Below, piece by piece: positions 44,055-64,000 of a stretch of 64,000 nucleotides of DNA. The first letter of the stretch is position 1. The number at the start of each line of letters is the position of its first letter. Where the stretch lies: assembly GCA_963693365.1 (NCBI GenBank), contig CAVNZM010000002.1, positions 5,224,259 to 5,288,258 on the forward strand, in the 5' to 3' direction. This DNA is from Amoebidium appalachense (lineage: Eukaryota > Protista > Ichthyosporea). The notes beneath the pieces were generated by a model that worked only from the letters and a program-made list of their open reading frames with translations, made no database searches and was not told where the DNA came from. The translations under genes were made by a program, and so were the position numbers.

Positions 44055-45260
44055 AGTTTTCCGCAGTAGCCACCTCCAAGCCACACAACGCCGCGAAAAC
44101 ACCGTTCCAACAGGCCCACTAGTCCCAGAGCAACACGTTTTTTCGCAAAATCCACTACCCACCCTGCCCAACTCAACGCTTCAAGAAACCGGGTGCCTCC
44201 TGTAGGCTACAACCGTAACAACTCCTTAGTTCAACCCAACCCGTAAAGTGGTCCTCTCCCACTTAACGGTCCTAGAACCCACAGCGCACCCCGGAGCTAC
44301 AAAAACGTCCACCCCCCCCCCCCCTCGCTTACGGCCACTAACCCGGAACGTCCAAGCCCAAGCCCCGCTGTCGTAGCGGGCAAACCGACACCATCGAAGC
44401 AACCGAGGCCAACCAATCGGCCACTCATCGACACCACCACCCCTACCAAACGACCACAGTCTCGCCTGCATCATATGGTCGACACCAACCAGCCCACCGA
44501 TCGCACCAACACATACGCCACCCTGGTCAGCACCCACCAACCTCCTGACCGCACCATCGTATGTCACCCTGGTCAACACAAAAACAACCAAGTGTAATAG
44601 ACTACAGTGTCGCATGTGTCACCGCCCGGTCAACACCAAACAACTCCCGACCACACCTTCACATGCCCCAGTGGGTCACCACCAAGCAATTCGCCACCCA
44701 CACTAACGCATGCTCCACCCGGTCAACACCAACACTCCTTGACCACACCACGCATGCACAACCCGGCCCGGCATTGCCATCACCAAGCAACCCACGGACC
44801 ACACTAGCACACGCCACCTGGTCAGCACCGACAAACTTCCTGACCGCACCATCATATGTTCAACCCTGTCCGACACAAAACAACACTTCAACCACACACT
44901 GCATGTGAGCCCCACGGAGCCCTTTGGGGAGGGCCCGACAACGCCTTCACGTGCACTCGTTCGAGTTACCCAACAACTTGAACCAACCGACCACACCAAC
45001 ACATACGCCACCCTGGTCAGCACCTAACACCACCCTGGCCACACCCGATCGTATGCTCAACCCGGTCATCACCAACAAGCAACCAACCAACCACACGCAT
45101 GTGCCATCACCAGGTCAACACCAACAACCCCTGACCACACCAACACATGCACCACCCAATACCGAACCAAAAGCCGTTTTCTGTACCTTAATCCCCTTTG
45201 AACTTGCCGGCTGTAACTCTGGGGGCTGCTGCTAAAAGAAACAGTGTGGGGCTGCTGCAT
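44055..45260. mobile_element. Putative non-autonomous element with imperfect terminal inverted motifs and an internal ~47-bp repeat array
   Basis: TTTTCCGCAGTAGCC at left vs GGCTGCTGCTAAAA at right; ~14 degenerate units GACCACACC..CATG..ACCCGGTCAACACC at 44450-45160. Confidence 0.4.
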
Positions 45261-45553
45261 GTATACTATGATTATTGTGCTGTTTAGAGACCGATCGTTC
45301 TGCCATGTCTGTCTAACAAACGGGCTCAGTTTAGAACGTGGGTATGTAGGTCCTGTGGGGCTGGTACCTACCACTATTCAGCGGTACTGAAAAAGACCTT
45401 AAATAAAAAGGTTCAAAACAAAGGGAATCTAATGAACAGTTACATCAAAGTTATAACTAAATAAGTGCAAGACGCCACGGTTGCATTTTCCCTTATCTTT
45501 TTTTCCTTTTTTTTTTTTCTTTGAAATTTTTTTAACCCCGGCGCGAGGTCTTT

Positions 45554-45631
<78 letters not shown>

Positions 45632-46084
45632 GGGAGGGGGGGGGGGGGGGGGGGGGGGGGCAACAGAAATACGAGAAAAATGCCATTTTCCTGAACCTAT
45701 TATTAGCACGTTATCTTCATTTTGTTGTCTCAGGGAGTTCGTGTCCACATGTATGTCAAACGTTAACCCATAGTGATGTGCATCACAGCCTGCAAATACG
45801 CAGCACACCATGAAAGCGTGCATCTCCCCCCCCCCCCCCCCCCCCCCCCCCCTGGGCTCACACAGAAATAAATGTACACGGCACATACATGTGCCCGTGC
45901 ATTAATCGAAGCCCGCACGTGCCAGAGCCCATGCGCACAAGCACGAACACATGCATGCTTGCACCTCTGTATCAGACAATATCCCTATGGTGTTAATAGT
46001 ATACTGTGTGATATGAACACTGCAAGCCAGTTGTTTTATATTGAAGTTTGGGGCTCAGTGGTGAGAGGAAGGGGGGGGGAAGTG

Positions 46085-46127
<43 letters not shown>

Positions 46128-46200
46128 GGATGGGGAGAGAGAGGGAGACAAAGAGAGAGGGGAGAGAGGGAGAGAGGGAGAAAGAGAGAGGGGGGGGGGG

Positions 46201-46253
<53 letters not shown>

Positions 46254-46299
46254 CTTACCTACTCTGGATGGTGTGGCCAAAGTCGTGTACACAGTACTG

Positions 46300-46330
<31 letters not shown>

Positions 46331-46708
46331 GGGCTCCCCAAGGTAGTGTACCAAAGGGGTATATTGATCCCCCCTCCCCCCCCCCCCCCCCCCCCCCCTT
46401 CCCGAAATTTGATGACGTATGTGTTGTTAAAATGCCGCCCCCCTCCCCCCCCCCTCCCCCCGCGGGCCCACCCCTGCCAATATTACAAGCCCCCACGCAC
46501 CCACACCACATTGTCAAACACGCCAATTGCACAGCTCCCTAGCCACACATCTCTCCCTTCCTTATCCAACTTATCAATGCCTTCATGATTCGTTCCGATC
46601 TGCACTTTCAATTTGCGGGGCAACATGGTCATTACAGTCGCGCTTGGCAACGGTGTTTGTGTGTGTGTGTGTGTGTGTGGGTGGGTGGGTGGGTGGGTGG
46701 GTGGATGG

Positions 46709-46739
<31 letters not shown>

Positions 46740-47000
46740 CGAGCACACAAGAACGCCCACCCACCCACCCACACACACACACACACTGTCACACACACAC
46801 ACACACACATGTTCACATACATGCATGCGTTTTGTCACACGCACACAAGACACACACCCGTGCATGTAATCACGCATGCATTTGGACTCTCGCTTTTCGG
46901 CCACAAAACACGATGTTCCATCTACAACACCGGTAGTGCCGATTGTACGCAGAGATATTCATGTGGCGCACAATTTGATGTTGCGATGTGGTGTGTGTGT

Positions 47001-47051
<51 letters not shown>

Positions 47052-47052
47052 C

Positions 47053-47091
<39 letters not shown>

Positions 47092-47373
47092 GTTTGCAGT
47101 GCATACATGAGGGTGCATGTCACAGAGAGTCTCTGTGTGTTACGGGCCCGTTAGAGAGCGTGAGTGTGCCAGAGAGTCAGTGAGTTGTTTGAGGTTAATA
47201 CAAGAGCGTGCTTTGCCAACCAGACCTGATCAGAGGGATACGGTGAGAGAAAAAATCAGAGAGATTGTGTGTGCTTGTGGGCAGCGCGTTATCCTGATGT
47301 GAAACCACGGCCGTTTCGTTGTAGTGACAACGTCGGCCGTGAATATTTGTGCATGTGCCTGTCCCCCTTCTCT

Positions 47374-47434
<61 letters not shown>

Positions 47435-47450
47435 TGTGTGTTTTTGTGCG

Positions 47451-47497
<47 letters not shown>

Positions 47498-47504
47498 CAC
47501 GGTG

Positions 47505-47684
<180 letters not shown>

Positions 47685-47800
47685 ACGTGTGAGTGCAGCA
47701 TCATGCAGTGCACCCCTCTCGGTTCTCTCAAGGGCTCCGGATGCATGTGCATACATACACGGTATGACTGGTAGGAGAAGGCTTGTCTTGGTCACATGTA

Positions 47801-48961
47801 CAGTGCCCGTCCGCGCGTAACATACTCTGCCACTGGCATCCTGTCGACGCCGAATATTTTTAAAAATCTTAACATACTAAGTGACCTCGGTCATTTTCCG
47901 GAATTATGTTAAAAAAAAAATTTTTTTTTAAGAATAGGGGTGCTACACATAGTAGACGAGTAGTCGGGTTATCGAGTCTATTGAAACCCCCTAAAGTAAA
48001 TATTTCGATCTCTTCCCCAGACATTACAGTGGAATGCAAAGTCAATAAAATCCAACACTGAAATGCGCGTCCGGCATGCCCACATGTACATGTGCCACCG
48101 GATGCGACGTCGCAAAACTAACAACACAGGCCTATAGCCCAGTCCGAGTCTGTTTTACTGCTTCTATTTCCCCCCCCTTATAATTAGTGGTATACATAGG
48201 GAGGCTTAATGCACACCAAACACTTCGAACATGACCAAGCCAGTAGTCCAGGTGCAGGCAGCTGCACTTGCAATTGGGGCGTTGAATAGTGCACTGTGAC
48301 GACACACAGTCATTAATGCGGCCACGGACAAGTTTCAGGAAACCACGCAAGCTGCCCAAGCAATCATCTCTCAGGGTTTTGTAGAAGCAAATAACACCAT
48401 CAGCAACACAACCACCCGTGCGGTTGCACAAGCCGAAACGGCAAAAGCACAGCTGCGTTCGCATATAGAGGGTTTAGAAACCCGCAGAGCCCCCACACGG
48501 ATTGAGGGTTGTCCCCGGTTGGGTAGCAATTTGCATGGGTGTGAGATCATGCGCAGATTTAGTGTTGTGGGCTGGCTGCGTGGGGTGATAGTGGGGGGTG
48601 CCCAGAGAATTCGAAGGGGTTTTGTTTCCGTGTTAGTTATGGAAATGGTCTGGAGGTTGATATGAAACCCTGAATACGGATTGGTATGAGGCGAAGGGGG
48701 AGGGACTGCCCCTGACTCGTGTAGGTGTGTGGTGCCAAATTCGTAAGCTGTGAAGCAGCCGATAATATACTTGGTTTCAAAGAACAGTTCTTTAGCGCTT
48801 TTTTTTTCTTTCTTTTTTTTTAGCCCTCTCCCCCCCCCCCCCCCTTTTTTTTTTTCCTTCCTTCTTTTTGCTTGTTTTGTTTGTTTTGTTTGTAATATTG
48901 TTTGCCTGTTTGTTTGTTGATTCAAAGCATTCAGCGTGTTGCGGGTCCCCGTCGGCGGGCG

Positions 48962-49030
<69 letters not shown>

Positions 49031-49311
49031 GGGGGTTTATTTAACAGTATGTTTTCTAATACTGTACATAGTTCACAATAGTTAGTTTGTTTGTTTACTT
49101 ATCTTCTAAGTGTATTTCATTCAGCGGGTTGCGGGTTCCCGTCAGCTGCTGGGCGGGTGGGCGGGCCGGGGGGGGGGGGGGGGGGGGGGGGGTAACATAC
49201 TATGATTGATATGATAGCCTCTGGGAGCCTTTTTTAAGGGACTAGTAAAAAATTAACATAATGACCTCGACCCTCGCCGGCGCAGTAACGGTTACGCGCG
49301 GACGGGCACTG
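47801..49311. mobile_element. Non-autonomous Tc1/mariner/pogo-type DNA transposon
   Basis: Perfect 21-bp TIRs (CAGTGCCCGTCCGCGCGTAAC and its reverse complement) with TA on both sides; subterminal TAACATA motifs; no transposase seen. Confidence 0.92.
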
Positions 49312-52143
49312 TACATGCACTCACGGTGATGTGCCAGGACGGAACTACGGCCAGTGACTGGTGGCCACGGTTCGCTATCGAGATATCATTATGGATCTGT
49401 ATTATGCTCATGGTCAGGCTATAAAGACCTATACACGTAGATGTCTATGTGATAATGTGAGACTTTTACTAAGAAACATAGATCTACAAAAAATAAAAGA
49501 AAAGAGACCTCTCGATCGATGCAGAAATGCTCGAACTATGATTCAGAGCGCATTGTGATTGGCTCGGGTTGTTGCATTCCAATTATTTAAATGTGCAGAT
49601 AAACGATTGGACTCCCTGAATTCTCCCAAAACCTCCTTGCAATTGTTTACTTAGATATAATGACGTCCATCTGGCAATTCACTCCAGTGTTGACTATAGG
49701 CGGTTCTTGTCGTTTTACAACCATTTTGCGCAGCCATAGTAGATAGTGTATGGGTGATGGAATTTTAACACACAATTAATGAAGCTGCAGAGCCAAGATG
49801 CCATAGGGTGTGATCCAGGCTTCATGATCTGCGAATATAAAATAGTAGAGCGTTTTGTATCGGATATCTCGAGATACAGATTTATTGACCTCGTTGGATC
49901 CGGATCCGGATCCTTTTCAAAGTCGCGAGCCCTTTTGACTATCTCTTGTGCAATACCAGCTTATCACTTATACACGCAAAAGGCATACTCCTTATGAGCA
50001 GCAAAATACCCAGGCCCTAAATTTCTGCTGGGGAGTTGTCGGAGTTTTTTTTATCACAGCCGGTGATCAGATCTGAGTGTAAACATATACACTCAGATCG
50101 TGCAAAGTTTAGGAGGATTATTTGACGGCGTGAAGGTCTGTGCTCCTATTGGATGACTCTTGGTGGCTAAGAATTGACTGCAAGTCCATGGTCCTTTGCC
50201 GTCACAAAAGCCGTCACTCGTGGATGTAGTCATGGATGATGCGGAAGGCCGATGCAAATAGCTTTCCATAAAATCTTAGGCTACAGTTGTAAATCCAGCT
50301 TTCGATCAGACCGTCTGCCTACGTTATGCATGTGTATTTGTACTTTTGAACAGACGCCACATATGGCATGCATACGCGTGTGCATAAAACGCAACGGATA
50401 TAGCAACCTTTTAACTTTCTTTCGGAGCTACCGATACTAGCCTCTGCTTACCCATAATATGTAATAGGGGTGTCACATACTACGATGGCGCTCATTGTTG
50501 CCTAGCATGTACACATGTCACTGACTGCATTTGATTGGCTGCGCTGGAAAACGCAGTAGGCCGTCGAATGTGGCTGGGCCTCCGGCAGTGTCCACGCAAT
50601 AAAAAGTGTGTAAACCCCATTTCAGCTTCTCATTTTATATATATTTATTGCAGGTAAATATTATTGACCAAAAGTTGCCTGTTGGTTTATCTCGCAGATT
50701 TGAGTCAGGCTAATATATTATTATTGGTGACTCTAAGCGGAGATCAAACATCGCATCCGCGATTCCTATTTGTAAAAGATCATGCTTTTCTAAGGTCTAT
50801 TTATATTTGCCGATTAGAATCGGCTTTGCAGAAAGTATATAAAGCCGGGCGGCGTTGTGACCCGTCCAGCCAAGCCAAGTGAGGTGCACTTCGTCAGTGG
50901 TGCCACTCCACACGTGGACCCGTACTTGGAACACGCTACTCCATGTGCCGCAGTAAGTTATCCCGGGAAAGGAAAAATACATATATGGAAAAAGAAACAA
51001 AAGGGGAAAAAAAAAAGAACAGCTGTACATTTTATAATATCATCTTAGGTGATAAATATATTAACTATTTGTGAGTCTAGATGTCCCTGCACGCGTCCGT
51101 AATTAATTAGCAAAACTTTATGGCAAGTTGTCCTGATCTCTTGCCATAATCTTCGAGCGTCACTAGTACTGTGAGGAGTCAAACAAACAAAAATAGCCAA
51201 AAAAAGTTGCGGCCGTGACCCCACGTGTACGAGGTAGTTTTTCGGGAAACTAGGATACCTCGTCAGGAACTCTTGTATGAGGGCACCTTATAAAATCGGC
51301 TCTCTCTTGGGTTTTCGGTCATTTATCTGGCACTTTCCAACAATGCCACTGCTACTGAATACGAACCGCGATAAATGTATGTGGTTGCACGTGTGTTTTG
51401 GGTCTTACCTTTCCCCCACGAATAATCAGAGTGACTTTTCTGATGCCTTTTATGTCAATAATGGTCCCTGTCCGATTTTTATTTTTGCTGTAACAGCTTC
51501 TGCGAGCGCTCACTCGTGATCATGAGGTTTGATTTCTCATTTCTCTTCGGCTTCCCTCGAATGCCTTTACATTTTGTGAATGGCTTGCATACAGGAACGG
51601 TGTGTGTATGTGTGTGTGTGTGTATGTGTGTGATGACAGTCTGCTCAAGTACAGTTTGTGCGCATCGGTATACGTACAAACCCTTGACGTGTACAAACTG
51701 TACTTGAGCACGTACAAACCCTTGACGTGTACAACGTGTGAGTGCATGTCCAGTTACTGTCACCTTCAAATGTAATAATCAATGATGTACCCGGATGAAT
51801 ACAGCGAATTGCTTGATCGATACTAACCACAAAACATTTCCCGACACAGGAACCGTTGAAACAGCTTCACAGCTGCGAGCTACCGTGAATATCTTCCATT
51901 AACCCCACATCATTACCCTTAACGACCCCACTACTCAGAATCCAGCGAGTAACGTCTTAACATTAGATGCACACCGAGGGTTCTTCCTTTTATGATAAAT
52001 GCAGCGGCTCAGACAGTGCTAGGAAACCAACCGGATAGCACAACGGACTTATTTATATCACCGATATATGGAAGCTAAACTCCATATAGCAGCATCCTTT
52101 ATGAGCAATAACACTTGCTTCGAGTTTCGAGCCAATTTCTAAG

Positions 52144-53258
52144 ATGGGCGCCAACGTGAGGCTGATGTGTGCGCTTCTAACGTGCCTTCTTGCATGTGCC
52201 AATTTAATTGGTGCAAGGTCACTCCACCGGACGCGGAGATGGGTAAACTTTCCCACGGGTACAACATGGGCTCTAAGGTTAGCCCCCACCATCCCTCCCC
52301 CCCCCCCCCCCCCCCCCCCCCCCGGACCCTCCCTACCCCCTCTTCCCCCCTCACAAACAAACATACACACACACGTGATCGCAAACACTCACCCTACCCA
52401 CCCCACTTTTCCTTCTCCTTCTAGCTGTCCTTCTAGCTATGTATACCCCCTTCCCCCCTCCCCTCTCCCCAACCTTTAAACCCTTACTTCGCTCTCTGCC
52501 ATTCTCCTTTTCCACCCTCCACCCACCCGCCCAACACCCAACCCCTCCTTCCCTCTGTAGCTTACCTACATTTCTCCCTTCCCTACTCATTTACGACATC
52601 TCATAGTCACTGCTCAACAGCTCCCACCCCCTCCTCCCCCCAAATTCCACCTCCACCCCCAAACCATTCAACGATCACAAGGCATGCAAGAACAAAAACT
52701 GTGAAACAGAAGAGACGAGTATAGCCTCACCCCCATCCGTCTCTTGTTCCCTAAGCACCATGCTCTCTCTCACTCGCATGCTGTTCGCAAGTCCCCCTAG
52801 ACCCACCACTGTCACCATCACGTGATCTGACCTTGGCAACACCAATCAGAGCCTGGTGCAACGGGGGGGACTGCGGCAAAGCAGATGTGAGGTCTGCGAC
52901 GGCCGTTACTGTAAATTGGTACTACATTACTAAGGAGGGCATCCAGGAACTACAGAGACAGAGTTTGGACCCCCCCCCCCCCCCTTCTTCCCTCCCCTAC
53001 TCCCTCCCCCCCCCCCCCAGCTCTTTCCCCCTCCCTCTCCTCCCCCCGTCCCGTGTCCCCTTAACCCGCTTTTGCCTCCCTCTGTTTTTACACCTCTGCA
53101 AAACATCCCCCCCCCCCCCCCCGGCGCCTGCAAAACATCCCCCCCCCCCCCCCCGCGCCCCCGGCGCCTCCCTCCTCTTTTTTCTGCAAGTGATGACTTG
53201 AATGTAAATTCATGTTTCATGCTGTGCACGACATTCATAAACCTCCCCCCCCCCCCAC

Positions 53259-53299
<41 letters not shown>

Positions 53300-55478
53300 C
53301 AAACAAACAAATACACACACACACCCCACCTTTCTCCCATCACATACACACACACACAAACACACACACACACAAAGCCTTACATCCCACACAAAGCCTT
53401 GCAGGCAACCTGCAAGACTACTGGACAAACCTGTCCCCCCTCCCGTTCCCACATTCTCCCCCCCCCCCCCCCCCCCCTCCTTCCCCCACATCCCTCCCCC
53501 CAATACTCACCCTCCTCCTCTCCCCCCTCCCTGACTGGTAACTGACCAATTCATCTGCCCCGCCTCTTCCTCCACCCCCCACCTCTCGCCCCAACCCTCC
53601 CCCCTCTCCCCAAAAAATCACCCCCAAAAAAACACAGATAAGATCGTAATCTGCTACATGTCGGCAGGGGCAGCCCTCCCAGCGGAAAAGAAGAAATTCC
53701 CATCCCTGCCATATGCTCGCAAGGTGGGGGGGTTCCAACTGACATACTTTGACGTAAGGAGGTGGGGGGAACTGAAGAATTTCATTCGAACGAGGCTGAC
53801 GGATGCAAAATTCAAAGGATGTGACGCTGTAGAACTTGACAACGTCGATTGCTGGTAAAACTGAAGAACCCCCCTCCTACCTCCCCCCCCCCCCCCCTCC
53901 TTGCCTGCTCAACAACAAAATTTTGCTTTCTGTTGTCCGTCGTGACCTAATGCGTAACACATTTAAACACCACCTACCCCTGCCCCGCCCCAACTCTTTC
54001 CTCCCTCCCTCCCTCCCTCCCTCTGTCCCTCTTTCTTGTCTCCTGCCTTCCCTCTCACCCGTGCATGCAAGCGCGCGGAAAGCTACCGATTTGATTCCCT
54101 TTACATTGGCTGCTTTTATTTTTCGGGGGAAAAGTTGGGGGGGGGGGGGGGGGGGGGGGATGTTTGATATATCATATTATCCCACCTACCCCTGCCCCGC
54201 CTCAACTCTCTCCCTCCCTCCCTCCCTCCCTCCCTCTGTCCCTCTTTCTTGTCTCCTGCCTTCCCTCTCACCCGTGCATGCAAGCGCGCGGAAAGCTACC
54301 GATTTGATTCCCTTTACATTGGCTGCTTTTATTTTTCGGGGGAAAAGTTGGGGGGGGGGGGGGGGGGGGGGGGGGGATGTTTGATATATCATATTATCCC
54401 CCCCCCCCCCCCCACACACACACACACACACCTCCCCCAACCACCACCACAACCACCCCGCAGACACAAACACACCCATATCTTCTTGTTCCCCCTCCCT
54501 CTCACCTGGTCCCCCCCCCCCCGTTCCCCCTCCCTCTCACCTGGTCCCCCCCCCCCCTCCCCCTCCCCGCTCCTAACTCCAACCCCCACGCACATACCCC
54601 ATGCCTCGTGCTTCTGTGTGCTTAGATATTGGAACCCCCCTCCTCGTTCCTTCCTTCCCCTCCCCCCATCACTTCACGTGTCCCCTATCGCCTCGTTCCC
54701 TCCCCCCTCCCCCTCCTCATCCCTTCTCCAAAAGTGAAATGATTGTGTGTCCGGGGTCACCATGCAGTCCCGAAAAATACACTCCCCCCCCCCCCCCCAC
54801 TCCCCCCACTCCCCCACTCCCCCCTAGAGCCCCATCACACCCCCACCCATCCACCTACACGTACACACACACACATACCCACCCACCTGCGCCCCCCGCA
54901 GGCAGAACGACTGTGTATCTGGGGTCAAGAGATACGACCCGACCATGCGGACCAATCAGGTGGCCTATCTCAAGTGGCTGGCTGGCACGTGCCATGGTAT
55001 TGGTCTGGCTGCAGGCATGAAGAACAGTCTGTATCTGGTCCAGGAGCTGGCACCATACTTTGATTTTGCGGTAATTATTTTCCGTTTTCCGTTTTTTTTT
55101 TTTGATTTTTTTTGATTTTTTTTTTGATTTTGCGGTAATTATTTTCCGTTTTCCGGTTTTTTTTTTTTTTTTTGCCTTTTGCCTTTTGCCTTTTGTTAAG
55201 GTGACGGTGGGTGGGAGGATGGTTGCCGTGGAGGTTGTGGTTGTTGTTGTTGGGGTGGTATGTGTGTTTTGGGAGAGGTTGAAGTTTCCTTGTGGATTTT
55301 GTTCCTTTTCCCCATGCTCCCCCCCCCCCCCCCCCCCACACAAAAAAAAAAAAAAAAAAAGAAAAGGGAAAAAAAAAATCCGCCCCCTCTCTGTTTCAGT
55401 TGGTTCCCCAAGCCTTCTGTTGTGTTGATGAGTGGCTATTTCCAAGGTATTACTTGGCAGGCCCATCCCTCCCCCTCG

Positions 55479-55520
<42 letters not shown>

Positions 55521-55830
55521 AAATAAAAAATAAATAAATAAATAAACAATATAATTTTTATTCTCCCCGACCCCCCAACCACCACGTTATTGCTGATGTA
55601 TGACAGCTGGTTTTCATATTTGGCAACTCATGCATTACCTTATTTGGCAGGTGAACGAGCAATGCCAGGAGTGGAACGAATGCAGTTATCTTAAACCCTT
55701 TATCGATGAGGGAAAGGCGGTTTTTGGAACGGAGTACTCCGGATCGCCAGGGAAGATATGCCAAAATGCTCGGGCTACCGGAATAACAACGAAATACGAC
55801 TTTGGAAGTGGCTGGAGATCGTGCAATTAA
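52144..55830 (+). CDS. Secreted GH114 glycoside hydrolase (endo-alpha-1,4-galactosaminidase, Ega3-like), 5 exons
   Basis: Signal peptide; exons 52144-52277, ~52792-52962, 53638-53854, 54902-55070, 55651-55830. Motifs ICYMSAG, KGCDAVELDNVD, GMKN, FDFAVNEQC, KAVFGTEY. The exon 1/2 junction is off by one base, possibly a C-run error. Confidence 0.85.
53971..54397. repeat. ~210-bp intronic tandem duplication
   Basis: CACCTACCCCTGCCCCGCC...GATATATCATATTAT occurs twice. Confidence 0.9.
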
Positions 55831-56015
55831 TTTTTTTTGGCCGTCTTTTCCAGAATTGGCAGGCGGTGGTATGTGCGATTAATTGTTTCTTTTGGGTGTG
55901 ATCGGAGTTTGGTGATTGGTCCAGCTATTTGAGAGGAGCAGTTCTGCCTTTTTGTAAAGATAAAACATATGAAAAAGTCCTGTAAATACACCCAACCCAA
56001 ACTCAAACATAGATA

Positions 56016-56562
56016 GGCGGGGTTATGACTGTGTCAATCCCATATAATGTTCATTTGCGGGGTTATGACTGTGTCAATCCCATATAATGCTCATTTACTT
56101 TTGATTTCCTGTTCTACGTGTGTGTGTGTGTGTGTTTTGTGTAGGCGGGGTCATGACTGTGTCAATCCCATATAACGCCTGTGTGTATGTGTGTGTGTGT
56201 GTCTGTGTTTTGTGTGACTGTGTCAATCCCAAATAATGCTCATTTACTTTTGATTTCCTGTTTGTGTGTGTGTGTGTGTTTTGCATGTAGCCACATATGT
56301 ATGTGTGGAATGTTATTTGCAATGCACCACGTGCGCGTGCGCGTGCTCACACACCGCAGACACCGTGGCTTTTGCATATACACAGACAGATAAGCACATT
56401 GGTACTTACATATGTTTATACCCGGGGTATGTAGCACGTACAGGCGCTCAAACACCCCGCAAACACTTTTGCATGGCTCACATTGGTACTTACATATGTT
56501 TATACCCGGGTAATGTAGCACACAGGCGCTCAAACACCCCGCAAACACTTTTGCATGGCTCA
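56016..56562. repeat. Tandem repeats between convergent genes
   Basis: TGACTGTGTCAATCCCA-containing unit x4 (56016-56260) and an ~84-bp unit x2 (56395-56562). Confidence 0.85.
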
Positions 56563-56757
56563 CACTGAGCACAGCGCCCATCCCCCCCCCTCCTCCCGGC
56601 CTTCGGGCACACACACACACACACACACACACAAGACAATAAAAAAACCCTTGCTGTCGATTAGTCAAATTAAATGCTCATTTTCGTTTATTTTTGTTCG
56701 CCACAAGCAAGTGTGCTCGTTTCCATTCGCGCATGGCATATCATCACCATCGCCACA

Positions 56758-56803
<46 letters not shown>

Positions 56804-57116
56804 AAAAAAAAAAAAAAGAAAAGAAAGAAAGAAAGAACGGCATTGCCGCTAACATATCTATAGATGCAAAACACAATATAAAGACCGGATTTTAAAAAAG
56901 GTTGTGTTATGTAGATTTGAAAAATACTATAATGACCGAACGTATTGGTTGTGGCACATATTCAACTTGACAGAACCAACAGACTCATTCTCAGTGGTCT
57001 GATTAAAACGGTACCCTAATGTCAGGTTACCCTTTAGCCAGTCAAATCTACCGGTTGGGACTGCGCGTGGCCATGATAAAAACACTCCGAATTTCATAAC
57101 TTTTAACCAGCCCATT

Positions 57117-63081
<5,965 letters not shown>

Positions 63082-63280
63082 CTGTGTGAGATGATTGTTT
63101 TTTCAGTTGGCAGGTGAGCGATTGGAGGAGAGGGGTGTGTGGGGGATTTGAGGAGGAGGAGAGGATGGGAAAGAGGGGGAAGGGGGGGGGGAGGGGGGGG
63201 GAGGAGAGGGAGGAGGGTTAGAATTTTGCATGCATTCTGATTACAGGCAGAAGAGGGGGCGGGGGCGGGGGGAGGGGGGG

Positions 63281-63414
63281 CGGATGGTTAGATTGCATTG
63301 TTAAGTACGAAGAGAACGTTCATGGCGGATAACACAATGCAGTGTGCAAAGCACATATAAAGAGTAGGCATTATTTATAAGCAGAGCCCATCCTCAGGGG
63401 AGGCCCAAGTCATC
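63281..63414 (-). mobile_element. Divergent relative of the G-run retroposon
   Basis: Follows a G-run; shares AGTACGAAG and the 38-nt motif ATAAGCAGAGCCCATCCTCAGGG(G)AGG(G)CCCAAGTCATC (63377-63414). Confidence 0.55.
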
Positions 63415-64000
63415 CACAGCACCCGTGGATCTTCTTCACAAGTGAGCAGTGTTATTTTTGTGAGCAGGCACTAAAAGTTAAAGCAGCAAATTCTGACAGG
63501 GAAAACGTTTGCCGAAGTGAGAATGGAGCAAAAAGAACGCAGAAGAAACTCAGTAATCGTGTGTGTGTGTGTGCATGCATGTGTGAAGTACCACGGTACT
63601 TGTATATGATGTGCGCATATGTGCAACCGTGCGTGTGGACGTGCAGAAATTATGCATGTGTGTACGTGTACATGTGCGTGTGAAATCAAGTACATGCCAT
63701 GCACGTAATATTTCGCAGCTGTATGTCCGTGTCCCTGCCCCACAATCTCCTCGTCGTAATTTTTTCCCCCAGTATTACTCAACTGGAGCACACAGCCCAC
63801 AGGCCGCTTACGCTCATTTACACAGCAAAAAAAAAAAAAAAATGGTGGGTAGGTGGGTTGGGGGGGGGGGGGAAGGGGGGAGGCGGGGGGAAGGGCGGGG
63901 GGAAAGTGTTGAAGCCACAACCCAAAGGTAAATCTATTCAACTTCTTGCCCGTTCCTAATATATTTGTGTCCCCCCCTTCGCCCCCCCCCCCCTCCTCCC

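Noticed and set aside
44450-45160. CRISPR or TIGR-like array
   Set aside because: Repeats are degenerate, linkers are related to each other, and there are no cas or associated genes.

Overview
Intron-rich eukaryotic DNA with GT-AG introns full of (CA)n/(GT)n/(GA)n and long G/C runs; most of the supplied ORF track is microsatellite noise. The gene content suggests a unicellular holozoan or other protist (weak inference). In order: (1) 3' part of a decayed Ty1/copia element (1-~4.2 kb); (2) a WSC + EGF + SdrD-B-like surface-protein pseudogene (~4.9-18.2 kb), interrupted by a young full-length copia element (5315-11156) with a half-tRNA-iMet PBS; (3) COQ5 (7 exons); (4) an intact 8-exon gene fusing a multi-pass membrane domain to a lipoxygenase with atypical metal ligands; (5) a Ser/Thr kinase; (6) a gene-poor region with a tandem duplication, a ~47-bp degenerate repeat array and a cargo-bearing Tc1/mariner-type element; (7) a GH114 hydrolase; (8) an exostosin/GT47 gene running off the window. 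The best novelty candidates are the membrane-lipoxygenase fusion, a small structured retroposon family that appears to be primed at poly-G tracts, and 3' splice sites where (CA)n replaces the pyrimidine tract. All exon models and alignments were made by eye.
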